IMG/VR virus record: IMGVR_UViG_3300032304_000977
Location: 1-64,000 of that record
Source of the DNA: a virus
Taxonomy: Duplodnaviria; Heunggongvirae; Uroviricota; Caudoviricetes
DNA: 64,000 nucleotides
Strand: one strand, 5' to 3'
Numbering within the stretch: the stretch's first letter is position 1; each line of letters begins with the position of its first letter. The notes under the pieces were generated by a model that did no database searches, had not been told where the DNA came from, and saw only the letters and a list, made by a program, of their open reading frames with translations. The translations under genes and the position numbers were made by a program. Shown here piece after piece: positions 34,962 through 43,030 of the stretch.

Positions 34962-35015
34962 TTCCTTTTCAATCATCATAAGATAATTATACGTCCAAAC
35001 CGAATTAATGTCAAG
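34962..35015. repeat. 54-bp exact direct repeat, copy B
   Basis: Identical to 22484-22537. Contains the RBS, -10, spacer and -35 of the promoter. Confidence 0.8.
34986..35014 (-). promoter_or_regulatory. sigma70-type early promoter TTGACA-N17-TATAAT
   Basis: Minus strand: cTTGACAttaattcggtttggacgTATAAT. Identical to the copy at 22508-22536 (part of the 54-bp repeat). Confidence 0.6.
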
Positions 35016-35352
35016 CGAATAACCCTACACGCTGTAGGGTCTTTTTGAACGTGTTCAGGGCTGGCTGCAGGTCGTTGATCAGCTGGGTTTCGTAAGCATG
35101 AGCATCTTTTTTGCCACGCACTACTGTGATCACCTGCGTATCCCAGTTTTCGTAGGTACGGATGGCTTCTGACAGTGCCCAGTCTTTGTCTTGACGATGA
35201 GCACGATATTGATGCTGTTGCCAGCGAGTCGCAAGGGTTTTAAGTTGGGCACGTCCACGCATCACTGTTACACCAATGTAGCTGTCGCCTGTGTCAAGAC
35301 AGGTCAGCTGGTATATCAGGTGGTTACGATCAGTTCGTTTTTTCCTATTCAT
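35011..35352 (-). CDS. GIY-YIG family nuclease (homing-endonuclease-like, catalytic domain only)
   Basis: Track ORF 35011..35388 starts with TTG inside the -35 box. Met13 at 35350-35352 is likelier. Motif HLIYQLTCLDTGDSYIGVT...R...RWQQH...YETQLIN fits GIY-YIG (GIY...YIG...R...H...E...N). Its stop codon lies inside the next promoter's -35. Confidence 0.55.
   Translation of the reverse strand: MNRKKRTDRNHLIYQLTCLDTGDSYIGVTVMRGRAQLKTLATRWQQHQYRAHRQDKDWALSEAIRTYENWDTQVITVVRGKKDAHAYETQLINDLQPALNTFKKTLQRVGLFA
35021..35041. repeat. ACCCTAC-N5-GTAGGGT hairpin family, copy 5
   Basis: aaccctacACGCTgtagggtc adjacent to the promoter at 34986-35014. Lies within the last codons of the GIY-YIG ORF. Confidence 0.6.
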
Positions 35353-35359
35353 ACAGTCT

Positions 35360-35388
35360 ATTATAGGGGAAAACCGAATTATTGTCAA
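35360..35388 (-). promoter_or_regulatory. sigma70-type early promoter TTGACA-N17-TATAAT
   Basis: Minus strand: cTTGACAataattcggttttccccTATAAT. Upstream of the GIY-YIG gene; would give a nearly leaderless transcript. Confidence 0.55.
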
Positions 35389-35394
35389 GCAATA

Positions 35395-35414
35395 ACCCTA
35401 CAAGTTGTAGGGGT
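35395..35414. repeat. ACCCTAC-N5-GTAGGGT hairpin family, copy 6 (variant CCCTAC...GTAGGGG)
   Basis: aaccctacAAGTTgtaggggtt adjacent to the promoter at 35360-35388 and the 24-bp palindrome. Confidence 0.55.
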
Positions 35415-35438
35415 TTAAGTTAGTGGTCACTAACTTAA
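35415..35438. repeat. 24-bp perfect palindrome TTAAGTTAGTG-G-TCACTAACTTAA
   Basis: Perfect 11-bp arms around a central G. Overlaps the stop of ORF 35435..36055. Degenerate copies at about 30783-30807 and 31005-31024. Confidence 0.65.
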
Positions 35439-36055
35439 AGATTTAATTCAGTTAGAGATACATTCTTTCCGATATTACCTTTTACGAATATATTGAACGC
35501 AAGACTGACACGTGGTGTCTCATGTTCTTTTTTATCTACGTAATGTATAACACTAGATGGAAATAAAATTATTTTACCTGGATTAACTTTAAACCATGAC
35601 ATCTCTGCATTAAACATGTTGCTGTCTTCAGGATTATCTGGTTGAATCTTTATCTGCTCATAAGCTGTTTTCTCAAAACAAATCCTGTCATCTTCGCCAT
35701 GAATATACAACACACCAGAAATATAACTGTTGGAGTGTGTATGTTTATGATGAAATTGATCTTTCATTGTCCAATTTAACCAACTCTGAGTAATGTATGG
35801 TTGTGCGTTTTTATTCTTAATTAGTTTAGTAAACCAATAATTAACAACCTCCATTAAATCAGTTCTTAAATTCAGTAACTCTGGTTCATCAAGAACATAA
35901 TTGTTATGTGAGGTTGCATTACCTTCATTCTTAATGGTTTTCTTCCCCATCTCATTGAAGAAATCTATTTCCTCATCTGTAAATTCCCTACCCAAAGCAC
36001 TATGCAATGTTGGTATTGGAAATATAGGTTCAACTGTTGGTTGTATGATTGGCAT
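35435..36055 (-). CDS. 2OG-Fe(II) oxygenase-like / cupin protein
   Basis: 206 aa with HHKHTHSNSYISGVLYIHGEDD, resembling the phage-type 2OG-Fe(II) oxygenase signature (H.H..S..SGV.Y). Low certainty. Confidence 0.4.
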   Translation of the reverse strand: MPIIQPTVEPIFPIPTLHSALGREFTDEEIDFFNEMGKKTIKNEGNATSHNNYVLDEPELLNLRTDLMEVVNYWFTKLIKNKNAQPYITQSWLNWTMKDQFHHKHTHSNSYISGVLYIHGEDDRICFEKTAYEQIKIQPDNPEDSNMFNAEMSWFKVNPGKIILFPSSVIHYVDKKEHETPRVSLAFNIFVKGNIGKNVSLTELNL

Positions 36056-36183
36056 TATTATTTCTCTCTTTAAAGTATTTGTACATCCTCACATAGTATG
36101 CGAATCTAATTGGTTCATGAATTGGGTTGGGGAGTTTATCTCCCCATTCCTTTAGCATCTCATCATATGCTTGAAGCACCTCA

Positions 36184-36477
36184 TCATCTGTCATATGATT
36201 CCAAAACTTTTAGCAACTTAACATCTTCATTCGGAGCAAGATAAACTGTTGCGCTGATTCTGCGTTCAAATGTTATTGGGTCTAGTGGTCTTGACACAAT
36301 ATCCACCAATCTACGATCAATTATATTATCAACAATTGCCGTAACAAGTTCTTGACGATATTTGCGCTTATCATCTTCAGTCAAATCCACAAAATTCTCT
36401 TTAGGAATTGTTATATACGCTTCTACCTTTTTTCCACCAATGGCATAGGATTTATAATCAAGTTTAATATTGTTCAT
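36184..36477 (-). CDS. hypothetical protein
   Basis: 97-aa ORF, 4-nt overlap with gp46. Confidence 0.4.
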   Translation of the reverse strand: MNNIKLDYKSYAIGGKKVEAYITIPKENFVDLTEDDKRKYRQELVTAIVDNIIDRRLVDIVSRPLDPITFERRISATVYLAPNEDVKLLKVLESYDR

Positions 36478-38186
36478 ACGATCACCGAAAAGTCATTTTG
36501 TTTCTGGAATTTAATCACACTGCGGAATTTATCAAACAGCTGATCGCCCTTGTGACTAATAACAAACACATTAGTATTCTCACCAAACGCATCCATCAAA
36601 GTCAGAAAATAGTCTGTACCTGCAACATCCAGACTGCTATCGAAAATCTCATCAAGAATAAGAAGATTGGTATTAACACTGTTCTTCATCTTAGCAATCT
36701 GACGCCAAGTAAAAAGAATAGCCAAGTCAATGCGCATCTTTTCACCCTCAGAGAAACTTGCATATGTGAATGCATCTCTGTGACGAGATTTGATTATCTC
36801 ATTGAATACCTCGTCTAACTCGAAGTGTACAAAGAACTCCATAGATTGCAAATATTTGTTAATCAACTTGTTCATAGTCGGCAAATATTCACGAATGATT
36901 TTAGTTTTAATACCAGTGTCACGTAAAAGATTTGATGCTACTTCTTGATAGTATCTATCTGTTGATAGTGTATTTTTTCTATCAAGTAAGGTGATTGCTT
37001 CTTGAGCCATCTCTTTCAGTTTGACCTTTTCCTCAGTAACATTACTTTTATCTTCTTGAGTTTCGGTAATCTCTCGCATCAACTGTTGATTCATAGTGTT
37101 CAAAAACGTAATTGACTGATTAGCAGTTGAAACTTCGATATTCTTATCAGATATTAAATTTTGTACTGTATTGATCTGTTCTAATCTTTCCTCTAGTTTC
37201 CCTAGTGCTGCTGTAATATCCTCAATATGCTTCATATTTTCTTCATAATCACGTTGTATTTCCTCAATAATTCTCGTTTTATGCTCATGTGGGATGCCTT
37301 GATCACATTGAGGACAAACCTCATTACCATTAAAGAATTCAACTGTTTCTGTTAGATCTGCAATCTTATTGGTTTTCTTATTGGCAATTGTTTTCGCCTT
37401 CTCAATTTGGGATAGGATTTCTGTCCTGTCTGCGATGCTTTGTTTAAGACTATTAATGTCTTGAGTGAGAACCTCAATAGTTTCATTCGTGGCTTTGATA
37501 GATACATCATTATTGTCAATCTTTGCCTGTAAAGAAGATACAACCTCTTTTCTGTTGTCGAGCAATATTTTAATCGTCTTTTGCTGATTATCAACCCTCT
37601 CACGTGCCAATGTGAGTTTAGATTCAGTAGCTGCGATTTCATCCTTTGTCTCCTGCATTTTCTGTTTCAGAATAGTATTCATTGTGCTGAATACACGGAT
37701 ATCTAGAATATCCTCAATAACCTCACGTCTTGTTGCTGATGGTAATTGCATAAAAGGAACGAATGATGCGCTACCAAGGATAACAACTTGAGTAAATGTT
37801 TTGTAATTTAACTTTAGAATTTGTTGCTCAAGAACCTTTTGATAATCTTTTGCTGCAGCATCCTGATTCATTAACACATTATCTTGATAAATCTCGAACA
37901 CATTTGGTTTTATACCACGAACAATTCTGTATTCTGTTTTTCCAATATCAAATTCAATCTCAACAACACAATTCTTTTGGTTGATGCTGTTAATTAATTG
38001 CGGTTTGTTGATGTTTCTAAATGGTTTCCCAAAAAGAGAAAAGCACAATGCATCTAGAATTGTGCTTTTGCCATCACCATTTTTACCAACAATAAGAGTT
38101 GTTGTACTTCTGTTTAGAATTACTTTGTTCTCTGCATTACCTGTTGATAAGAAATTTTTCCAAGAAATCGTTTTAAATGTAATCAT
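36474..38186 (-). CDS. 46: recombination endonuclease subunit gp46 (SbcC/Rad50-like)
   Basis: 570 aa. N-terminal Walker A LIVGKNGDGKSTILDA, long coiled-coil middle, CxxC zinc hook (CPQCDQ), C-terminal Walker B LLILDEIFD. Confidence 0.85.
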   Translation of the reverse strand: MITFKTISWKNFLSTGNAENKVILNRSTTTLIVGKNGDGKSTILDALCFSLFGKPFRNINKPQLINSINQKNCVVEIEFDIGKTEYRIVRGIKPNVFEIYQDNVLMNQDAAAKDYQKVLEQQILKLNYKTFTQVVILGSASFVPFMQLPSATRREVIEDILDIRVFSTMNTILKQKMQETKDEIAATESKLTLARERVDNQQKTIKILLDNRKEVVSSLQAKIDNNDVSIKATNETIEVLTQDINSLKQSIADRTEILSQIEKAKTIANKKTNKIADLTETVEFFNGNEVCPQCDQGIPHEHKTRIIEEIQRDYEENMKHIEDITAALGKLEERLEQINTVQNLISDKNIEVSTANQSITFLNTMNQQLMREITETQEDKSNVTEEKVKLKEMAQEAITLLDRKNTLSTDRYYQEVASNLLRDTGIKTKIIREYLPTMNKLINKYLQSMEFFVHFELDEVFNEIIKSRHRDAFTYASFSEGEKMRIDLAILFTWRQIAKMKNSVNTNLLILDEIFDSSLDVAGTDYFLTLMDAFGENTNVFVISHKGDQLFDKFRSVIKFQKQNDFSVIV

Positions 38187-38189
38187 AGA

Positions 38190-38804
38190 TTAGTGTGAGG
38201 GATTGTTTAAGTCAAAAGTGTCAAGATCAAATAATGAAATAACCTTTACCTCTTTTGGTAAATATATGTCAGAATATAGTCGATGATCATGAACACCCTT
38301 GTTTGATTTATTAACAATTACTACTGCTAAATTTGCAGATGGTAGTTTCAACGCATTGCTGGCAATATTATGAGCATGAGCAAGAGATGTTGAAGAGTTA
38401 CACAAATCATCAACAAGTACATAAGGTATTTTGTTATACGCCATACCTTCATGCCAATTCATTAATCCGTATCCTTTTCGTTCTTTTCTAACAACGAAAG
38501 AACCAAGTCTTATGCCATGTGTTTTTGCTACAAGTGGCATCGCTGCAGCAATTGGTGTTCCAGCAGTTTCAGCACCACAGATTTGAAAGTTGTAGTCACC
38601 AAGTTCTTGATGAATTCTATACAACATCATCTCGCTTACATATTGTAAAAAATCTGCATTGAACAAACCATTCCTAAGATAAAACATCCAGGTATATTTT
38701 GTTCCTGGAAGTTTTCCTGGCATATTACCTTTAATTATACAATGTTTTTGTATAAAATGTCTCACAACTTCTTCACATTGTTTGTATTGCTCTTCGGTTA
38801 TCAT
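38190..38804 (-). CDS. phosphoribosyltransferase-domain protein
   Basis: 204 aa. PRPP-binding-like acidic loop VLVDDLCNSSTSL and upstream ICGAETAGTPIAAAM as in type I PRTases. Inserted between gp47 and gp46. Confidence 0.45.
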   Translation of the reverse strand: MITEEQYKQCEEVVRHFIQKHCIIKGNMPGKLPGTKYTWMFYLRNGLFNADFLQYVSEMMLYRIHQELGDYNFQICGAETAGTPIAAAMPLVAKTHGIRLGSFVVRKERKGYGLMNWHEGMAYNKIPYVLVDDLCNSSTSLAHAHNIASNALKLPSANLAVVIVNKSNKGVHDHRLYSDIYLPKEVKVISLFDLDTFDLNNPSH

Positions 38805-39871
38805 ACACTCTCCTGATTCACTGCCTCAGTATATAATACTCTCATCAATGTTTTTACTCTATCTTTATCTGCTTCAGTTTCAATTGAATCGATATAGTTA
38901 CTTAATACTGACATTGTATCTTCAAGGTTTATGTTTTCGTCAATTTCACCCTCATCAAGCGAAGACATATCCTCAATAATTTTAATCTCATGACATCCTT
39001 TTTTGTAGAGTTTATTCGTAAACTCATCATACTTTGCGATGTCAGTTTTGTTCACAACAACCAACTTAACGAATTTGTCTGTTAAGTCCAGGGAATCAAC
39101 ATCTCTAGTTTGGGTTTCGGCTCTATCATCGTACTCGATTCTTTCATACATAGTATATGGATTTGGGATGAAGTCAAGTTTTCTCGTGTCAACATCAAAC
39201 AAGTGAAATCCTCTGGGATCATTATAATCCTGCCATGTGAGTTCGTATGGGTTTCCCAAATAAAATATATGACCATCATCTGAGCGATGATGATAATGCC
39301 CACTGAACACCATATCAAATTTCTCGAATGTCTTTTTATCCAGTCCTTCATGAGATTCCATTCCTCTATACATTGCGAAACCAGCAACCTCTAAGTGCCC
39401 CATACATATTGTGGCACTTGTGTTTTGAATTTCTGTTAATGATTGTGTGTAATTATCTGCACATATCCATGGTAGCATCAATATATCAGCACTAGTATTA
39501 CCATAATCTAAATGTATCGTCTGAGGTGTGTCAATGACATTGATGTTGTCGTATTCTCTTAGAAGCAAATCTGGAGAATTTACATCATTAGTGTTTTTGT
39601 AGTAGGTGTCGTGGTTGCCAGCAAGCATGTGAACTTGAATGTTTCTTTGCGCTAGTTTATCAAAGAACATTTCTTTGGTTCTTTGTAGGGCATAGAAGTT
39701 TACATACTTGCGTCTATCAAAGGTATCACCAAGAACAAGTACGGTATCAATGCCAGCAGAATCAATAGTAGGAAAGAAAGTATTTTCATAAAATTTCTCA
39801 AAAAAATCTAAGAACAATATGCTGTCATTACGAGCACCAAAATGTTGGTCGGTTATAATTGCTACTCTCAT
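38801..39871 (-). CDS. 47: recombination endonuclease subunit gp47 (SbcD/Mre11-like)
   Basis: 356 aa. Calcineurin-like phosphoesterase motifs ITDQHFG, LGDTFD, GNHD, GHLE. Adjacent to gp46. Confidence 0.85.
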   Translation of the reverse strand: MRVAIITDQHFGARNDSILFLDFFEKFYENTFFPTIDSAGIDTVLVLGDTFDRRKYVNFYALQRTKEMFFDKLAQRNIQVHMLAGNHDTYYKNTNDVNSPDLLLREYDNINVIDTPQTIHLDYGNTSADILMLPWICADNYTQSLTEIQNTSATICMGHLEVAGFAMYRGMESHEGLDKKTFEKFDMVFSGHYHHRSDDGHIFYLGNPYELTWQDYNDPRGFHLFDVDTRKLDFIPNPYTMYERIEYDDRAETQTRDVDSLDLTDKFVKLVVVNKTDIAKYDEFTNKLYKKGCHEIKIIEDMSSLDEGEIDENINLEDTMSVLSNYIDSIETEADKDRVKTLMRVLYTEAVNQESV

Positions 39872-40143
39872 GAAAGGTCTAAGTCTGCTGCTGGGTATCC
39901 AACTGGCAGTGGATTTGTCTCTGCATAATATTTCGTTTCAAGAACACGATCTCCTAATTTTCTAGAAAACTCAAATGCTGCCTCAGAAGTCTTAAACCAT
40001 TTAAACATCACAGCATCATAAGAGTTTGTATGATCTGCGTAATACACTACTTTATACATTACCTTCCTCCATAAAATCATCAAGAGAAGATGTTTTGTTC
40101 TTCTTCTTTTTTGGTTTCTTTGGTACATTATACTCGCTATCAT
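39868..40143 (-). CDS. small hypothetical protein
   Basis: 91-aa ORF overlapping the gp55 3' end. Could be spurious. Confidence 0.25.
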   Translation of the reverse strand: MIASIMYQRNQKRRRTKHLLLMILWRKVMYKVVYYADHTNSYDAVMFKWFKTSEAAFEFSRKLGDRVLETKYYAETNPLPVGYPAADLDLS

Positions 40144-40609
40144 TATTATTACGCAAATAATCTAACATCTGACTTGTATATTCACTATCTTCGTCATGTT
40201 CCTGCAGTTCGAACGCTTCTAGTGGCATTTCAAGCATCATTTTATTTTTTACAATAGATTGTTTTTTCTCTTTTTGTATTTTTCGAATAAATGCGTAATA
40301 AATTATTTGAGTAAAATATGCGAACGGATTACTTGATTTTGTTGGATCAAAATTACTTATGTACTGTAAACAATTTTCTACACCATCCAGAATCATGTCC
40401 TCACGATATGTGTAGTTAATGAAGTTGTGCTTGTATGATAGATGTGTTGCAATCTTCAAAAGGCAGTCGCCAATATATTCGGGTACTCGGGGTTTTGGTT
40501 TGCCAGCAGCTGCTGCTTCATCACATTCTGCTCGCCACTTCTTAATTGCTTCAAGAAAGTCAGCGTTGCTTACGTAATGTGGCTTTGGTTTTGGTTGAAC
40601 TTCAATCAT
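40052..40609 (-). CDS. 55: late-transcription sigma factor gp55
   Basis: 185 aa (T4 gp55 is 185 aa). Shared blocks by eye: PKPHYVSNADFLEAI vs T4 KPKYNYVNNKELLQAI; NFINYTYRED...DGVEN vs NFSGYTQSW...DGIEA. Confidence 0.8.
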   Translation of the reverse strand: MIEVQPKPKPHYVSNADFLEAIKKWRAECDEAAAAGKPKPRVPEYIGDCLLKIATHLSYKHNFINYTYREDMILDGVENCLQYISNFDPTKSSNPFAYFTQIIYYAFIRKIQKEKKQSIVKNKMMLEMPLEAFELQEHDEDSEYTSQMLDYLRNNNDSEYNVPKKPKKKKNKTSSLDDFMEEGNV

Positions 40610-40668
40610 ACTCGCTCCTTACATGTTATATACATTATACCTTTAATTAACAAAAAAGTCAAATATAT

Positions 40669-41091
40669 TTAATGAATTACCTTTGACTCGAAATTTTGTA
40701 ATTCTTCTAATTCGTCATTATCGTTCTCAATGTGCTCTAACAAATCAGCACCAAAGTCTTTCGGTTTTATCAGGTGATTAAGATTGTACGCAAGAAGTCT
40801 TTCCTCTTCCTCATGACGATTTAACATGTCAACATAATATGGAACAGCTTCTTGGTTCATCGATTTGACAAACATTAGATTTCTTTTTTGAAACACGAAT
40901 TCTTTATCATCAGTAAATGGACAGAAGGATGTAGTTGTATGCACTTCCCTCATTAACGTATCAGTCATTTGTATAGTTTGTTTAGATAAAATCATTGGAA
41001 ATAATACAGTGATGTATTCGTTAGTTTCTTCTTTGACTATTCCTAAGAAACTTTCTCCTGTGTTCAGTCTAATAACTTTAAATTCTGTCAT
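40669..41091 (-). CDS. hypothetical protein
   Basis: 140-aa ORF between uvsW and gp55. Confidence 0.4.
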   Translation of the reverse strand: MTEFKVIRLNTGESFLGIVKEETNEYITVLFPMILSKQTIQMTDTLMREVHTTTSFCPFTDDKEFVFQKRNLMFVKSMNQEAVPYYVDMLNRHEEEERLLAYNLNHLIKPKDFGADLLEHIENDNDELEELQNFESKVIH

Positions 41092-42602
41092 AGATCCAAT
41101 TCTACAATTTTTACTTTAAATTGTTCTTCCGAATACAACTTCACTCTTTCTAGGAAGTGATTTAGTGTATGGTTTTTCCAAGACTTATATGTCAAATCAT
41201 CAGCAATATCAAACAAATTACAAGCATCTTTACCTTCTTTTAATCGTAAGCCACGACCAATTGATTGTAAATTTCTAATCCTAGATTTACTTGGACTAGC
41301 AAATATAATATTCTCGATAGATGGTATATTGATTCCAGTAGAGAAAGTACCATAGGATGCTAGAATAATCATGTTATCTTTTTTCTCAGCATTCAATCGA
41401 ATAAACTCTCTGTCATCAACACTAACATCACCATGAACAATAGCAATTTCTTTTCCTTCTATTTCACCAAACAGTTCATGTAAAACTTTACCATGTTTCT
41501 CGACATACTGAAACAATATCAATGTATTTCCTGTAGTGGAGCTGGCAAGATTTTTAATGAAACGATTACGTTTCTGGTTTGAGACTAAAAAGTCCATCTC
41601 CTCTTGGTATAAATTATTCTTGCGTACCTTACAGGTTTGCTCATCGTGCTTCAACAATATACACTTAATATTTAGTTGAGCAACTCTTTGAGTTTCCATC
41701 AATTGTTTTGTGGTTGTTACTTTGTATACTGGACCAAACAATCCTTCCAACACAAGACGATGAACCTGTTTATTATCTAATGTCCCAGTAGTTCCTATTC
41801 TGTATGGTATACTTGTCATCTTTTCCATAACAGTTGATAAAGACTTTGCTTTAAACTGATGCGCTTCGTCGCCAAACACTACTTGAAACTGATCAAACCA
41901 ACTACGTGGTTGCTTGTAAATAGATTGCCAAGTGGTAATCAGTACACTAGAATCAAACACCTTAGAAAAACCTGAGTATAATTTTTGACAGTGTTTCTTT
42001 ACACTCCAACCATTTTCATATGAATAATCAGAGAAATCTGTATACATTTGTTCAACCAGTGATGTGGTTGGAACGATAAGAATACACTTCTTACCCTCGC
42101 CAACGTAGTGACGCATTAAAGTATAGATGATTAGAGATTTACCAGACGCAGTTGGTGATAATAGTAGCTGTCTGTTGTTGTTTAAACAATTTAATATTGC
42201 ATCAATTTGATAGTCTCGAATCTCAATCGGTTTCCCTCGAGCAGTGAGATGGAGAGCTTCTGCGTATGATTGTATCTCGTCGTGTGTGAATTTGTTTCGA
42301 GGCACTGGTTTAAAATCTGTTGCTGCCACCTCGATATATTGATACTGGTTTCTTTTCGCAAACTCCTCAACATAATTTTTGAGTCCAGCGTAGAGTGTCT
42401 TTCTTTGTAAGTCGTATAGTCTAATCTTTCCATCCCACAACCTCGCTTTATATGCTGGCATAAATTTTGCACCAGGAACATCGAATGTGAAAAAGTTACT
42501 TAACTCTTGCTCAACATTTGGCTCAGAGAAAACACGGATATTAACATTATCAAAATTTTCTACGTATATTTTCATTACATACCAACTAAGAACTGCTTCC
42601 AA
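41088..42602 (-). CDS. uvsW: UvsW SF2 DNA/RNA helicase
   Basis: 504 aa. Walker A LLLSPTASGKSLI, DEAH box GDEAHQF, C-terminal helicase motifs. Adjacent to uvsY. Confidence 0.8.
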   Translation of the reverse strand: MEAVLSWYVMKIYVENFDNVNIRVFSEPNVEQELSNFFTFDVPGAKFMPAYKARLWDGKIRLYDLQRKTLYAGLKNYVEEFAKRNQYQYIEVAATDFKPVPRNKFTHDEIQSYAEALHLTARGKPIEIRDYQIDAILNCLNNNRQLLLSPTASGKSLIIYTLMRHYVGEGKKCILIVPTTSLVEQMYTDFSDYSYENGWSVKKHCQKLYSGFSKVFDSSVLITTWQSIYKQPRSWFDQFQVVFGDEAHQFKAKSLSTVMEKMTSIPYRIGTTGTLDNKQVHRLVLEGLFGPVYKVTTTKQLMETQRVAQLNIKCILLKHDEQTCKVRKNNLYQEEMDFLVSNQKRNRFIKNLASSTTGNTLILFQYVEKHGKVLHELFGEIEGKEIAIVHGDVSVDDREFIRLNAEKKDNMIILASYGTFSTGINIPSIENIIFASPSKSRIRNLQSIGRGLRLKEGKDACNLFDIADDLTYKSWKNHTLNHFLERVKLYSEEQFKVKIVELDL

Positions 42603-43012
42603 GTAATTCCATTTTTAATTTGGAAATCTCTAGATTTAATTTGCGTCATGATAGACTCAAGGAAATATACGATGGTGCTTAGATACTCAACCTTTTGTTC
42701 CATTTGAACTAATTCGGTATCTCCTTGTAGAAATTCATCCATCTCATTCTTCAATGGCTTAACACCTTGCCATTGTTGCCACCCAAGATCTTCTAACTCT
42801 TGTTTTGATAACTCGCCACGATAGTATCTGAATTTGTTTTTACGTAACAGATTGTATTCAGCTTTCATCTTAGCGAGTTTGAGTTTATAAGAAACAAGAT
42901 AGTTTATGTATTTAGAATGTAGATTTGGGGTATTGGTTGATGCTTCTCCGAGATGATTGTCGTCAATTTTACAATCGTTCTCCCAAGTTTCCATTAATTG
43001 CTCAAGATTCAT
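42575..43012 (-). CDS. uvsY: UvsY recombination mediator
   Basis: 145 aa. Blocks resembling T4 UvsY (YYRGELS vs YYSGRGD; IKSRDFQIKNG vs IKSRGFAIKH). Position between gp3 and uvsW as in cyanomyoviruses. Confidence 0.7.
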   Translation of the reverse strand: MNLEQLMETWENDCKIDDNHLGEASTNTPNLHSKYINYLVSYKLKLAKMKAEYNLLRKNKFRYYRGELSKQELEDLGWQQWQGVKPLKNEMDEFLQGDTELVQMEQKVEYLSTIVYFLESIMTQIKSRDFQIKNGITWKQFLVGM

Positions 43013-43030
43013 AACAACTCCAAAAATAAA

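Noticed and set aside
43013-43030. Possible sigma70 promoter upstream of uvsY
   Set aside because: The -35 and -10 matches are poor, and no TTGACA-N17-TATAAT is present.
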